A stretch of DNA of 58,281 bases, filler included, from Sphacelaria rigidula (taxonomy: Eukaryota), in assembly GCA_964200075.2 (NCBI GenBank). It is 10 parts of 10 records of this genome, joined end to end, with 100 filler letters (N's around TTAATTAATTAA, not from the genome) between each part and the next. Parts side by side here need not be neighbours in the genome. Positions count along the whole stretch, not along the records: positions 46,708 to 52,444 come from CAXNAA020024846.1; positions 52,545 to 58,281 come from CAXNAA020024847.1; 8 more parts are not named here. One strand, given 5' to 3'. The translations under genes and the position numbers were made by a program. The notes under the pieces were generated by a model that worked only from the letters and a program-made list of their open reading frames with translations, ran no database searches and was not told where the DNA came from. Shown in pieces: positions 47,153 to 58,281 of this stretch (positions are counted from its first letter, which is position 1; every line of letters starts with the position of its first letter).

Positions 47153-49699
47153 ATGGCCAGTCACGAAGTAGTGGACCTTGTGCTTTCAGATGAAGAAGAT
47201 GGCAGCAAAACCTTTGCGTCACCATCTGTCACAACAACTTCCCAAATCGACTTGACCGAGAACGACTCTTTTGTTGCGCCGCCGCTACAGTTGACAACGC
47301 CTCGCGCCCGGAGATTAGCAGCAACTGCAAGGCCAGGGGCATCTTCCTCCCTTGCGGTGGTCAAATCTGTAGTAACTAACCCCCAGCTGACGTCGGATGT
47401 GTGTGCTACTGGTACCATCAGCACTAGCACTACCTCCGCTGCTGCCCCCGCCGCTGGCCACGGCAGCGGCGGGTCGGGCGTTTCGTTGAACCGACGACCT
47501 CGCCTCTCAAGGTGCACATGCTGTCTTCGTGAGGACGTACCCCGGAGGGAGACATTCTGCTTGGAGGGCTGTGGGCATCTACTCTGCCCGGCGTGCGTGG
47601 CAAGCAAGATTTGTAACGCCATTCCGCGACCACGGCAGCCCACGGCGACGGAGTCGACCGCCTTGGATACGGAGAGCTTGGTCTATTGCCCCGTCCGTCA
47701 CTGCGGCACTCGAGTCTCGGTACGAGATCTTGCCCTTCTCCTTCCCCAGAGTGCCTGGGGCGCCCTCCAGGCGAAGAGGCTGTTTTCCTTCCGTGAACGC
47801 GCAGAGAAAGGAGTGCGTTGTCCCGGATGCTCAGGCTGGGTGGAGGCCTCTCCTTTGAATGCTGCAGCGGGGGCAGGAGCACTTGTCGCTGGCGGCGGCA
47901 GCGGTAACAGCGGCGGCAAACACAGACAAGGCACTGTGAAGGAGAAAGCGGCCACGCTGCTCTCCGTACCCGCGATTACCTGCCGCATCTGCTCAACAAC
48001 CGTTTGCCGCTTCTGCGGGGCGCGTGTCGGAGGGAGAAACAATAAGAGCACAGCCAGCGCCGGCTCCGGCTCGCACGGTGCGCACGGACCATCATGCACG
48101 GACTGGAAGCTGTGGGCAGCTGCCGGCCTGCTGGACTTGCTCGAGCAGCTTGTCGCAAACCCGGCGGACGTTGTTCTCACGGGCCCGGTGGGACCCATCA
48201 AGATGGCGGCCGAAACTGGCGGCCGGGGGAGAGGTCGCGGTCGAGGAAACGTTGTCGGCCGAGGAGGCGGGGGGGGTCGGGGTCGGGGCCGGGGCAGTAG
48301 GGGCGGCGGGCGAGGAGGCGGCGCATGGGGTAATTGGAGCTCCTACGTTTGGGGCAGCGGCGGCGGCCGGGGAATCAGCTCAAAGTGGTCGAAGGGAACA
48401 GGTTATGGAGGTGCAGGGGATGAAGTTGCATCATCGCAGGCCCTGGCCATTGCACAAGAAGCCGAGGGGCGCGCGGATCGCGCCATGGTGGTGGTGATGG
48501 ACGCATTTACCTCGTGCTTGCCCGAGTCTGCGGAGGAGTTTCCCGAGTACTTGGCGGAGCTTGTAGCGCTTGTGCGCGGGTCCTCGCTGCTACAGGTGGT
48601 GTGCGACTATCTGAGGAACGATAGCCTCATGGACATAGCCCAGCGAAGCGATCTCTACCTGGTGAGCTGCGCGGCGTGACAGCACAGTACGTACAGAGTA
48701 GGAGCGTACGATATGGTGGCCATCGCGAGTCGGTCCCTCTCGACTCACTTATTTTCAACGCGAAATAGCTTCAAAATTGCGCGAAACCCACCGTCAACGG
48801 TATTTAGTCACGTTTGTGCTATACAGTAGTGGGCGCCTGAACTATTCATTTTGTAATTTATCCGTAATTGGCGATTTTCTTAGGCTCTTTCGCTTGTCAC
48901 CGCTCTTCACATCGAGGATTTGAAAATACTTGTATCATCTCCACATTTCAAGGAAGAAAAGTCATTTGTACTCGATATTGAGTGACTTACGGGCTGACCG
49001 GTCATCGGGTCCTGAGCTGTTTCAGCCCAGATTCTGATTATTCGGTATTTTTGGTTGGTCGAGCCTGTCCCGATCGTATTTGTGAAGAAATGCACAGTAT
49101 TTTTTTTTAATCCACCTACTCATTGCACAAGAGGCAAAAAAACGTGTTTCACGGTCAATAACCCCCTCCTAATAAACAGGGTACTTACTCGTATCGCCCG
49201 ATAAAACCATCCAAAACTAATTTGGGTCCTGGGGGGGGGGAGGCGATCTGTTCATTATACCAAAATCTACCGACGCTAGCACTTGAAAAAACCCTTCTGA
49301 ACAAAAAATAGTTCAGGCGCTCAGTACTTTAGGTGGAGGTACGTGTTAGACCGTTTTTTGCCCAACGTGGCGGGGTACCCTGATTGCGATTGATCGAAGG
49401 AGGTCGATAACAGGTGGCGCCAATCAGGCCCCGCATCCCCCCGTCTGATCGGTCTCGACTCTTGGAGCACGCACAGGTGGAGACCTAAGTCGTCACTCGT
49501 GAAGTAAAAGTGCCGTGAACAGATAGGACATTTCTTTCTCTCTCTCACACACACAAATACACACACATTCACCCCTTCTGCCATCCGAGCCAATTTTTTG
49601 CCGCTTGTATTGGGTTATGCATCACACACTTGGATTGTTGCAATCAGCTAATGTGAGATAATCAATCAATCAAATCAATCAACTTGCACGTGCCGGTAT

Positions 49700-49759
<60 letters not shown>

Positions 49760-52163
49760 ACGCACACAAACACGTTGCAGAGCCTGTTCAAGTTGGTGAA
49801 GGCGTTCGCTCGGCACGAGCTCCTCGCGCCGCTTGTCGATCACGTGCCCCCCAAGAAAAAGGCCGGCGGCAGCAGCCAAAACGACGATGGTATTCTCGCC
49901 GTCGTGGCGGCCGCCGCTGCCGCCGCAGCAGCGGCAGCACCAGAAGGTTCAGCCCACACGGTCGCCGTGATCGACGCTACCGGTGGTAATAGTAGCCCCA
50001 AGGGCAAAGGCAAGGGCAAGGTGGCGATCAATGGAGATAGCGGGGACGGGGGCAGGAGCGGGGTCGGTCTGTTCACTTCGCTCGCGGAAGGTTTATTCGG
50101 CTCTTCGGGCAGCTCGACATCAGTGACGGCGGCGGCGGCGGATAATGGTGACGTAGCTCCTGCAGAAAAGCAGCAGCAACAGGCGGAGGATGTGGAGGAT
50201 GTGGTTGCAATGGGCGGAGGAATGTTTGCAGGGGAAGGAAGTAGCAGAGCAGCGGGGGAGGAGGTTGGAGCAGAAGAAGACGACGAGGAGGAGGACGTGT
50301 CTGTCGCGGATTTGTTGGCGAATACTAACCGCCAGGCGAAGGTGTACGCGCAGGCACCCGGCGCGGGGGACAGGAAGGCAGGAGCGGCGGCAATCTCAAC
50401 GCTTGCATTTGCACGGCAGGTACTCTACTGACCTGTAGATTGTATGTACTGCTGTTGTCGTTCCATTTGGTCCGTTTGAGCCATGTGTGTCAGAGCCATT
50501 ATGCGTATAAGCTGGGCCGACGAAAACGCCAGCATTTAACCAATATCGCTGTGCCCCGCTCAGTTTTTGGAGTTCGGGTCTGAAATTTGGACACGTGATT
50601 CAGAGCCGTTTGCTGAACAAATTACTTGGAGGTCGCAAAAAAAAAAAGTTTTTCCTATACTTTTTGTTAATAATGTGATCCTGAACTTCCTTAGTTCGAC
50701 CGTAAGTCGGCAAGATTATTAAAAAAAAATTGCGACCTCCAAGTTTTATTTCATTACACTACTCTCAATCGCGTGGCAAAATTTCAGGTTCCAATTCCCA
50801 AAAGTGAGTGGGGCACGGCGAATCTTGCGATGGACGCTTTTCCTCAGGAATTCCATGGAAAACCTGCAAGTGTCTGCATAAAAATCAGCGAGAAAGTCTC
50901 GAATTATGTTGCCTTTTGTGAGTGCTCCTTACGGTGGATGGTGATTGCAAGGAAGTACAGTTAGGACAGCTACAGGGGGAGTGGTCTTCACCCACTGCAT
51001 GATATCTGGCGTGTGCAGGGTCAGCAGAGAGCTCTTGCAGGGAAGAAACTGCTGCGCTGCTGAGCTGTCGTCTGCTGTAACAATTGATTGCACCGCGTTT
51101 TTTTTTTTTTAATTTAACGAAAATGACCGCTTCGCGCCTCAATTACGCCGCACCATAGCGGGCTGTGATTGATCAGAAATCCTTCAAGTGCAGAACGTGC
51201 TCTCTGCGGGATCTGGAGGGTTTGAGCTTCAGCGCATGAGTTCACCAATTGCAGCAATGTTTCCGGTTTGAGCTACAACCTAGAGGAAGTAGAGATATGG
51301 CGATCTGACACATTGTGAGCTTTCCGGTCGGCCCAGCTTGTATCTGTGATTGAGTGCAACTGCTCATGGCGGTGCCAGCGCCGCGCGCCCTTGTTGTCCC
51401 TTTACGGGGTCTCTTACCTACTCCGTGAGTTTACTAGTAATCGCTGCCGCGTTTTGTGCACATTGGCGTATGTTGTCGAATGTGACAGGTGATGAAGGTA
51501 CACGATGAGGTGAAGCAGAGCCTGGGCGAGTTGAGAGTCCTGGCAGAGGTGAGCAAGCCTATGTTCAAACTTCTTGTCCACCGTTACTCTTCCAGTCAGT
51601 GACTGGTCGACAGTTGCTCTTTCCCGCCGGCCAGTGCTTGGCCGATGCGCGTTGTCCTTACTTACCTATACGTCATTTTTGCCGTACGTGTAGTGGAGGT
51701 GATGTGGACACCTTATCCGTTGCTTGTTCCGTGAACTGCATCGGACTAGCACCAGCCCGTTTTTTTCGAGTAGATTTGTTCATTTGCTTTACCCACCACC
51801 CAGAAATGGGGAAGTGTTTGCGATCCCTGTGTGTGTCACACTGCGACTCGTACGTGAAAAGTTCACGAATTTCGTGCCCCTCCCCCCCCCCCTCCCCGCG
51901 CGCGCGCAACTCGCTCCCCCCAACCATGCTTCCCATGAACGCAATCTCCATAGTCACGCGCATCTACAGCCGCCATGACGGCCATTATTTCTGCCACGGG
52001 CACAGCTGGCGTGGCCGGGGCGGGGTTGGGGAGGAAGCGCAAGCGCGAGGAACAGGATATCGTGGAGGTTTCCCTGGAGTCTCGCTATTTGAGGGAGCTG
52101 GGCGACAGCCGGTTCGAGTTGGTGCAGCTCTTGAACGACGGTTCTCACCACTTCGCGTCTCAG
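47153..52163 (+). CDS. RING1-IBR (RBR-type) plus BIRC6/BRUCE-like ubiquitin-conjugating-enzyme-related protein; exons 47153-48661, 49781-50419, 51489-51548, 51954-52163 (3' end off contig)
   Basis: All four exons join in phase 0 with GT-AG sites. C3HC4 RING: CTCC...CGHLLCPAC...CPVRHC. IBR: CPGC...CRICSTTVCRFC...HGPSC. Then an RGG tract, KWSKGTGYG, DYLRNDSLMDIAQRSDLYLSLFKLVKAFARHELLAPLV and SLESRYLRELGDSRFE...HHFASQ, which match in order the motifs preceding the BIRC6 UBC domain. Confidence 0.88.
48824..49329. mobile_element. Tc1/mariner-like MITE in intron 1 of the RING-IBR gene
   Basis: TA-cagtagtgggcgcctgaacta ... tagttcaggcgctcagtact. Homologous to 7690-8202. Confidence 0.75.
50508..51340. 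mobile_element. TA-flanked AGCTGGGCCGA-TIR element with a nested palindromic MITE (~50546-50821) in intron 2
   Basis: Outer ends TA-taagctgggccgac ... gtcggcccagcttg-TA. Inner TIRs tcgctgtgccccgctca / tgagtggggcacggcga, with inner arms acttggaggtcgcaa / ttgcgacctccaagt. Confidence 0.75.
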
Positions 52164-52387
52164 GTTTGTTTCTTGGAGGAGTTGGAATTGATCTGATTAA
52201 CACCTCTCCCCCATGTTCATCCCCGACACGCCTACTATCAACTCCCATGAACCTTCGGTATACCCTCGCACCCGTCAATGTGCATTTTCCTGTCTCCGGG
52301 TGGTACTGTTTGTTACTTTCGGATTGTCGGATTTTTTTCATTGTGTGTGTAGTTACTTGCCCCCCCCCCCCCCCCCCCCCCCCCCCT

Positions 52388-52420
<33 letters not shown>

Positions 52421-53084
52421 TTTTCTTTTTTTTCCTCTCCTCTTNNNNNNNNNNNNNNNNNNNNNNNNNNNNNNNNNNNNNNNNNNNNTTAATTAATTAA
52501 NNNNNNNNNNNNNNNNNNNNNNNNNNNNNNNNNNNNNNNNNNNNCTTTCGAGACGGAGCACCGTTACTACTCCTAATAGAGGCACCTCCTACATTCTGGC
52601 GCTCATTACGTTCCTTCCGTAATGGGGGGGGCGTACTCATTTGTTGCTTGCCTTAGTCATTTGACCATTGACCACGCATCCCTTTCGAGACGGAGCATAA
52701 TGGGGGGGGGGGGGGGGGATGTACTCATTTGCTGCTTGCTTTAGTCGTTTAACCATTGACCAGCATCTCTTTCAAGACGGGGCACCGTTCCTACTCCTAA
52801 TAGGGACACCTCCAACATACCTGGGGCACGGGGGGGGACGGCACTTGCAATCGAATGATACTAGTAAGCTAACCTTTCATCACATAGTGGGTGCCAGCCA
52901 TCAGCAATCAATCACAGAGCGAAAGATCACAGGGAGGAGGATATATGACGGTAAAATTTGAAGTCGTCTCTCTGCTCTTTAGATGGGTTCATGCAGTGCG
53001 ACACCCGTGTCGCCCACACTACGACAGTATCATCATCGTGGAAGAGTCCGGCCTCCGACCAGGCAGTGCCCGCAAGGCTTGCCG

Positions 53085-54656
53085 TCACCGGCTCCGCGTT
53101 TCTTTTATCCTGTCTGCGATCCGCTGATCCGCCTTCTCCACCTGGAGGCAGGTGTCAAAGAGTGGTGTGGGAGGAGGGCGGGGGGGCGAATAACCTATCG
53201 TTACTCATTGTTTTTAGCGTTTCTTCCCCTGGCCGCTTTGAGCTGTCTGCGGGCAGGACACAGAACTAACAACCGTTTCGCCAGATTGGGTGTCGAGCAT
53301 TTCATTGAGCGTGAGAACCCAAGGAATCGGAAAATCCCAACCCCTTTTTTCGACTGGCGGGTCCTCGCCGAGCCAGGCGAGAAGTGATTGGAATGAAAGT
53401 TCTTAGCCGTGGAACGAATCCAATGCATACATGTTTATTGCATCGGCCTCGTCCATCAGCATAAATCTAAACTCCACTCCAGATATGCAGAAATGGTCGA
53501 TGAATCCCCGAAACAGTTTCACCATCGAAATGCCCCTCAAGGCCTTGTACGAGGCCCTACACCTTTTTTCTGTAGTAGCTTCCCACTGAGGTCTCTGATA
53601 TCCCTCGGTAGGACATCGACGTGCAACTATCTTTACTGCTGTGGGGGATAATCACGCAGACAAGGAAGTGCGCAAAAAGTGGTGCATCGTAACAGCATAT
53701 ATGGAACTCAAACGAGATGATTACTGCTTTGCGGCCAGACGATCAAGACCTGTTGGGGGTACTTACCCCTCGAATTGTATTGTTCAGGCACTGGCGCCCA
53801 ACCACTAGTAGACGTGCTACCACCAATCGGTCCTGCAGAGCAACACCGCACACGCACACGCACACGCACACGCACACACACGCACACGCAAACACCCCCG
53901 CCGAAACCGGATGATCGATTAGCAGCACGCACAGGAAAGGGGTTGGATGGGCGGCACGGGGGAAGGGAGAAGGCGCGGGAGGGGGGAAGGGGGGAGGGGG
54001 GAGGGTACTCATTTGTTGCTTGCCTTGGTCGCTTGACGACTGACCACGCATTCCTTTCGAGACAGAGGGGAGAAGGGGGCGATGTACACATCTACATGCC
54101 AGTCTCTCGCACAAGCTCCACGTCATCGCTTCATCAACTCTACCCCCACAAGACTTATTTGGATCATGACTATGGATTGTCTCGCTACCCTCATACTATG
54201 CTTGCCCCCTCATCCTGTAAGGGGGCGGCGCGGGCGAGGGGGAAATGGGGGAGGCACACATGCACGTGTTAGCCTCCTGCACAAGCTCGGCCATGACTTC
54301 CACTAACCCACTTTACCACGAGACTGATTTGGATCATGACTCTGGTTCACGTCACTACCGTACTCGCATACTGTACGAGTCCCTTATCCTGTAGGGGGGA
54401 GGCGGAGAGGGATGGAGAGGGCGGAAGAGAGCTGGCAATGACCTCTTGACACAGGAAATAGCTACACACTCAAAAATGCTTCATACATTCTACTACAGTA
54501 TGTGGTATGGAAGATGACGCTAAATGTAGTTATACGTATGTGTGTAGCCACAGCATGTAGTTCTGTCAACGTTTTATCGTTCGCATCGAATCATTCGCGG
54601 CATGTATTTCAAGTCCCTCACCTCGAGGAATTACAGTCCATGTATTCAAGGGTACT

Positions 54657-54725
<69 letters not shown>

Positions 54726-56312
54726 CCCCACTCGGAACGACTGTCGACAGAGTACGTACGCTGTTCATGTTTCCGTTTACTGCTTAATACCTCTCTCACC
54801 GTCTCGTGTCTAGCCTGTTCGAACTCCTTTCTAGAGCTTTCGCGAAGTATCTTGCTCCTTGGATCAAACATAAAATCGCAAAATAGAACAAAAGACACAA
54901 GACGGGAGATGACGATGGGGGGAGGGGGGTGTTTTACGTCATGAACAATGAGGTAGCGTATACAAGTTCAGGATGCCACAACAGACCCTGGATCCCCCGC
55001 CTGAAATAGACACCCCCTGGACAATAAACGGTCGATAAATTCAGGGGACAAGAAGTGTACCGGTTGAAGTATAGGCCTATTGCAACTAATGTCGACCAAC
55101 GGTTGCAATTGGTCCATACTTGACGCAGTACACTCCTTGTCTATTGTATTTATTGACCATATATTGTCCAGAGTGTTTTAGTATATGAACAACTGACTGC
55201 TTCATGATCTCACGATCACTGGCAAATCCCGCACTAAATGAGTGAGGGTATAGGGATCATGGTGGTCGCCAGCAAAGAGAAACTGCTCGGCTACGACGTA
55301 AAACTTGCCGATGTTGAAGGGCAGTTGGCCTTTATTTCTCCAAAAGGAGAGCCCAAGGGGTTCAAAGCTGATGGTCGAAGTCCAGACTTGACTTCATCCA
55401 TATGATTTTGATTTGATGGGAGGGGCAATATACTACAGAGTCGTCCAATTTCTCCGAGTTGTTCTTTCTATCTCATCCGATAGAATAACTCGATCCTAAC
55501 CCAAGTGATCCGATCGGCGTATTGATGAAGAAAGGTGAAAAAAGTGCGGACATGTTCTTGTGGACAGCGATTTCAGGTTCCAACAAAAATATTTCTCCAC
55601 GTCAATTTTGCGTCGCACCGCGAGGATCCCGCGGCTGAGCCTGAAACGGTCACGCCGTCGAAGGTATTTCATGAGAAATGAGGATATGTCGACACGATTG
55701 TTCCATTTACGTGCGGGATCTTTCGGGAGAGAGCAAGGGATATTGTTGTTTCGAGAAAGCCATAAAATCAAAAGCTTCAAAGCTGTTGAACATTGTGGGA
55801 ACTTTCATCACCAGGGGGGTGTACTCATCATCATGATCTTGCATGCCGTAGTCACTCGTAAGGCCGTTGACCTGCCACTCCCGAGGGACCTCCATTTCAA
55901 AATAGATACGAGCTTTCCCCAGCAGAGACTCCGCGGCGACTTTAATGACATACCCAAGATTTTTCAAGGGTAATCGACGATTGCTGCAAAATTTGGAAGG
56001 AAAGAAAAACTGTTGCGACAGTAGAGCTCACCCACCTTCCTCGAGGGGTGTTATACTCCGTCACCTGGGGAGAACGCTACGGTGTACTCTAGTCAGCAAG
56101 CTTTCTTTTGTTGAACAGTACGGTAAAGTCGGAGTTGACGATGAATGCACTACACGGACAAATGTAAAATAACACACATGTATATACCATGGTTCACCCT
56201 TGTCGTTGCACCAGTGGAACAGCCGCGTTGCTCTGAGTATCTCCCGGTACAGCCTGATGGCCTCCTTATTGCCGCTGTAGCCTGATGGCCTCAGTAACGG
56301 CAACTTGGCCAT
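53085..56312 (-). CDS. LYR-motif (Complex1_LYR family) mitochondrial protein, complete, 101 aa; exons 56312-56188, 54857-54800, 53832-53767, 53141-53085
   Basis: Phase-consistent splicing gives MAKLPLLRPSGYSGNKEAIRLYREILRATRLFHWCNDKGEPWSKILRESSRKEFEQARHETDRLVVARLLVVGRQCLNNTIRGVEKADQRIADRIKETRSR*. It has the canonical LYR..LR, R.EF and D......L..G motifs. Confidence 0.92.
54657..54724. repeat. Compound (AAC)n(AGC)n microsatellite in intron 2 of the LYR gene
   Basis: aacaac... switches directly to agcagc... Confidence 0.95.
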
Positions 56313-58281
56313 GCTGTGAAGAAAAGTGTGCTCACGCTGTTCAACTTCTGTGAAATCTTGCTCCAGTTAGTACGTCAGCGACTTCTTCTCCTCATGTGCC
56401 CTGCCGAATAACAGCGTAACGATGTGCACATCAATACACCAAACGCCGAAGTGGCCGAACTGCGAAGTTGCATTTACCGTACGGCGCAGAATACACTTTT
56501 TTATACCGTCACCCTCAGTTATCTACTGTTGTTGCAGACCAGCGGTCCGAGGATCAGACGAATAAACTTTCACTATTATAATACGAGTATGCCGCACACA
56601 GGGCTCAAGCACAGGGAAATCACCGCTTAAGGATACAGGCAGCCATCGTAGACACCCCCATCATGACGCTTTACCTCCACGTGTGTATGTTGAGTACGCA
56701 CGCGGCGTATAAATGCGTTCAAAATCATGAAAACATGGATCCCGCGAATCCTCGAAACGTCATGATTATATATGTATCTTCTTGTTCCCCTGCGGACAGA
56801 GGTCCAGGCTAGAAACGGCTGTAAGCTCTCACAGCAATAATACCTCTTCGACACAGACGAATTGGATCGTGATCCGCATATCTTATTAATCGTTCAATCA
56901 AGGAGAAGATGATCATCTGCTCAGGAGTCTGGGTCGATTTTTTTCGTTGATTTAACGCCATGTCGAGTAAATGCTATACCCTACGGAGATGGGGTCTATT
57001 GTATACTCAAGTCTACATGAAACCCAGAACGATACATCCAGCGATGTTTTTGGTGGTGAGAAAATTCCTTCGAGTATACGGGGAAACGATCGATACCCTA
57101 ACCATCACCCACATCTTTATCTATCTCGAGATATAGCGCACATAATATTGAATACTTGGCTTAATGTATTACGAGCAGAGGAGGCACTAAATGCACCAAA
57201 TAAATCTGGGTTTATTTAGCGTCTCGGTTTTTCACGGTTGTGCCTTCTTTGAAATTTGGTAGAAGAATCGCTAGGGAATGATGAAAAAACATCAGCTTTT
57301 TTTCTTTTTTTGCCTTTTTTCTTCGGTTTTAATGGGCGTTTGAAAGGGTTATTGACATTATTCTTGGCCTCTATCTCAGTTTCTCAGCTAAATTTTTCGA
57401 AGAGTTGTGATTTGAAATTAAGTGAGTGCAGGCTGGTGCAGGGTAAACGCCCAAAAATTCTTCCCCCCATGAGATAGAGAACGCAAAACTGACGACGTAT
57501 TTGGTATCATAGTGACCCCCAAGAACAAACAAAGAGAATGACATGACCACATTTTTGTTGAATCCTTTGCCATGGCGCTGGTAGTGAAGATGTTTCTCGG
57601 CCAACCAGCGGCCTTCAAACTGTTCTGAAACTTTAAAAAGCGAAATTCCGACTCAATTTCTATCCAATCTCATATCGAATCGATTCTTAGTAATCATCAG
57701 CGAGGAAATCTAACGTGATAACATATTCGTAAACGGTTTATGTGAGATCGAGGTATATACCCCAAAACGTGGTGTTTCGGTGATTTGGGGTTTTATCTCG
57801 TCGCCGGATTTCCACTGCACACGCGGCCATTGGGCTACCTCGTAAAGGAATTTTCAAACGTCATCCTCCGTTCCGTCCGATTTGAAATCCCCCCTGGAGG
57901 ATCTTGGGTATTCGTAATCCTCTAGAGGATTTTCAATGTCGGGGCCCTCGAAGGTCCGTGTCGATATTAAAATTCCCTGAATTGTTTTTGGAGGCAAAAT
58001 TGCTATGGAAATCTGGAATTTTCACAGCTGTTCGACATAAGTCCTGAATCCAAATTTATTGGACTCAGGCCAAAAGGATTTATTTCGAACAGCAGATGCT
58101 ATGCAAATCCCACATACACTCGCAAATGGAATTTGTACACCAGAAACTGTTCGAAATAAATCCTTATTTTGTCCACCAATAATACCTTGAATTGGGCGAA
58201 AAAAGACTTTTATTTGCGAGCTGTGACGGTTTAAGAGACAACCAACTAGACTACTGACAAGTCAGCGCTGACTGGTCAGTA

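Noticed and set aside
46708..58281. Functional cluster of the RING-IBR/E2 gene with the LYR gene or others
   Set aside because: They lie on different contigs separated by an artificial linker.

Overview
This window is eukaryotic, intron-rich and repeat-dense, most likely from a brown alga or related stramenopile. That assignment is an inference from gene style and from repeat and LINE families that resemble my recollection of Ectocarpales elements. It is not one locus. Ten unrelated contigs of 5,739-5,737 bp, in descending size order, are joined by nine artificial 100-nt linkers (44 N, TTAATTAATTAA, 44 N), so no synteny should be read across linkers. Host genes reconstructed by hand with phase-consistent GT-AG splicing are: (1) a complete 4-exon LYR-motif gene (minus, 53085-56312); (2) three internal exons of a TrmB/Trm8 tRNA m7G46 methyltransferase; (3) the last three exons of a tandem retropepsin-like aspartyl protease; (4) a lone phase 1-1 EGF-domain exon; and (5) four exons of a large ubiquitin-system protein. 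Gene 5 is the most interesting: SIM-like motifs, RBR-type RING1 and IBR, and an RGG tract run directly into the region that precedes the UBC (E2) domain of BIRC6/BRUCE, with no RING2/Rcat. It is a candidate single-chain E3-E2 chimera. The rest is decayed Gypsy, LINE, hAT and piggyBac sequence, tRNA-derived SINEs, many MITE families (piggyBac-, Sola2-, Tc1/mariner- and Academ-like ends), fold-back palindromes and microsatellites. Most ORFs in the supplied track are spurious.
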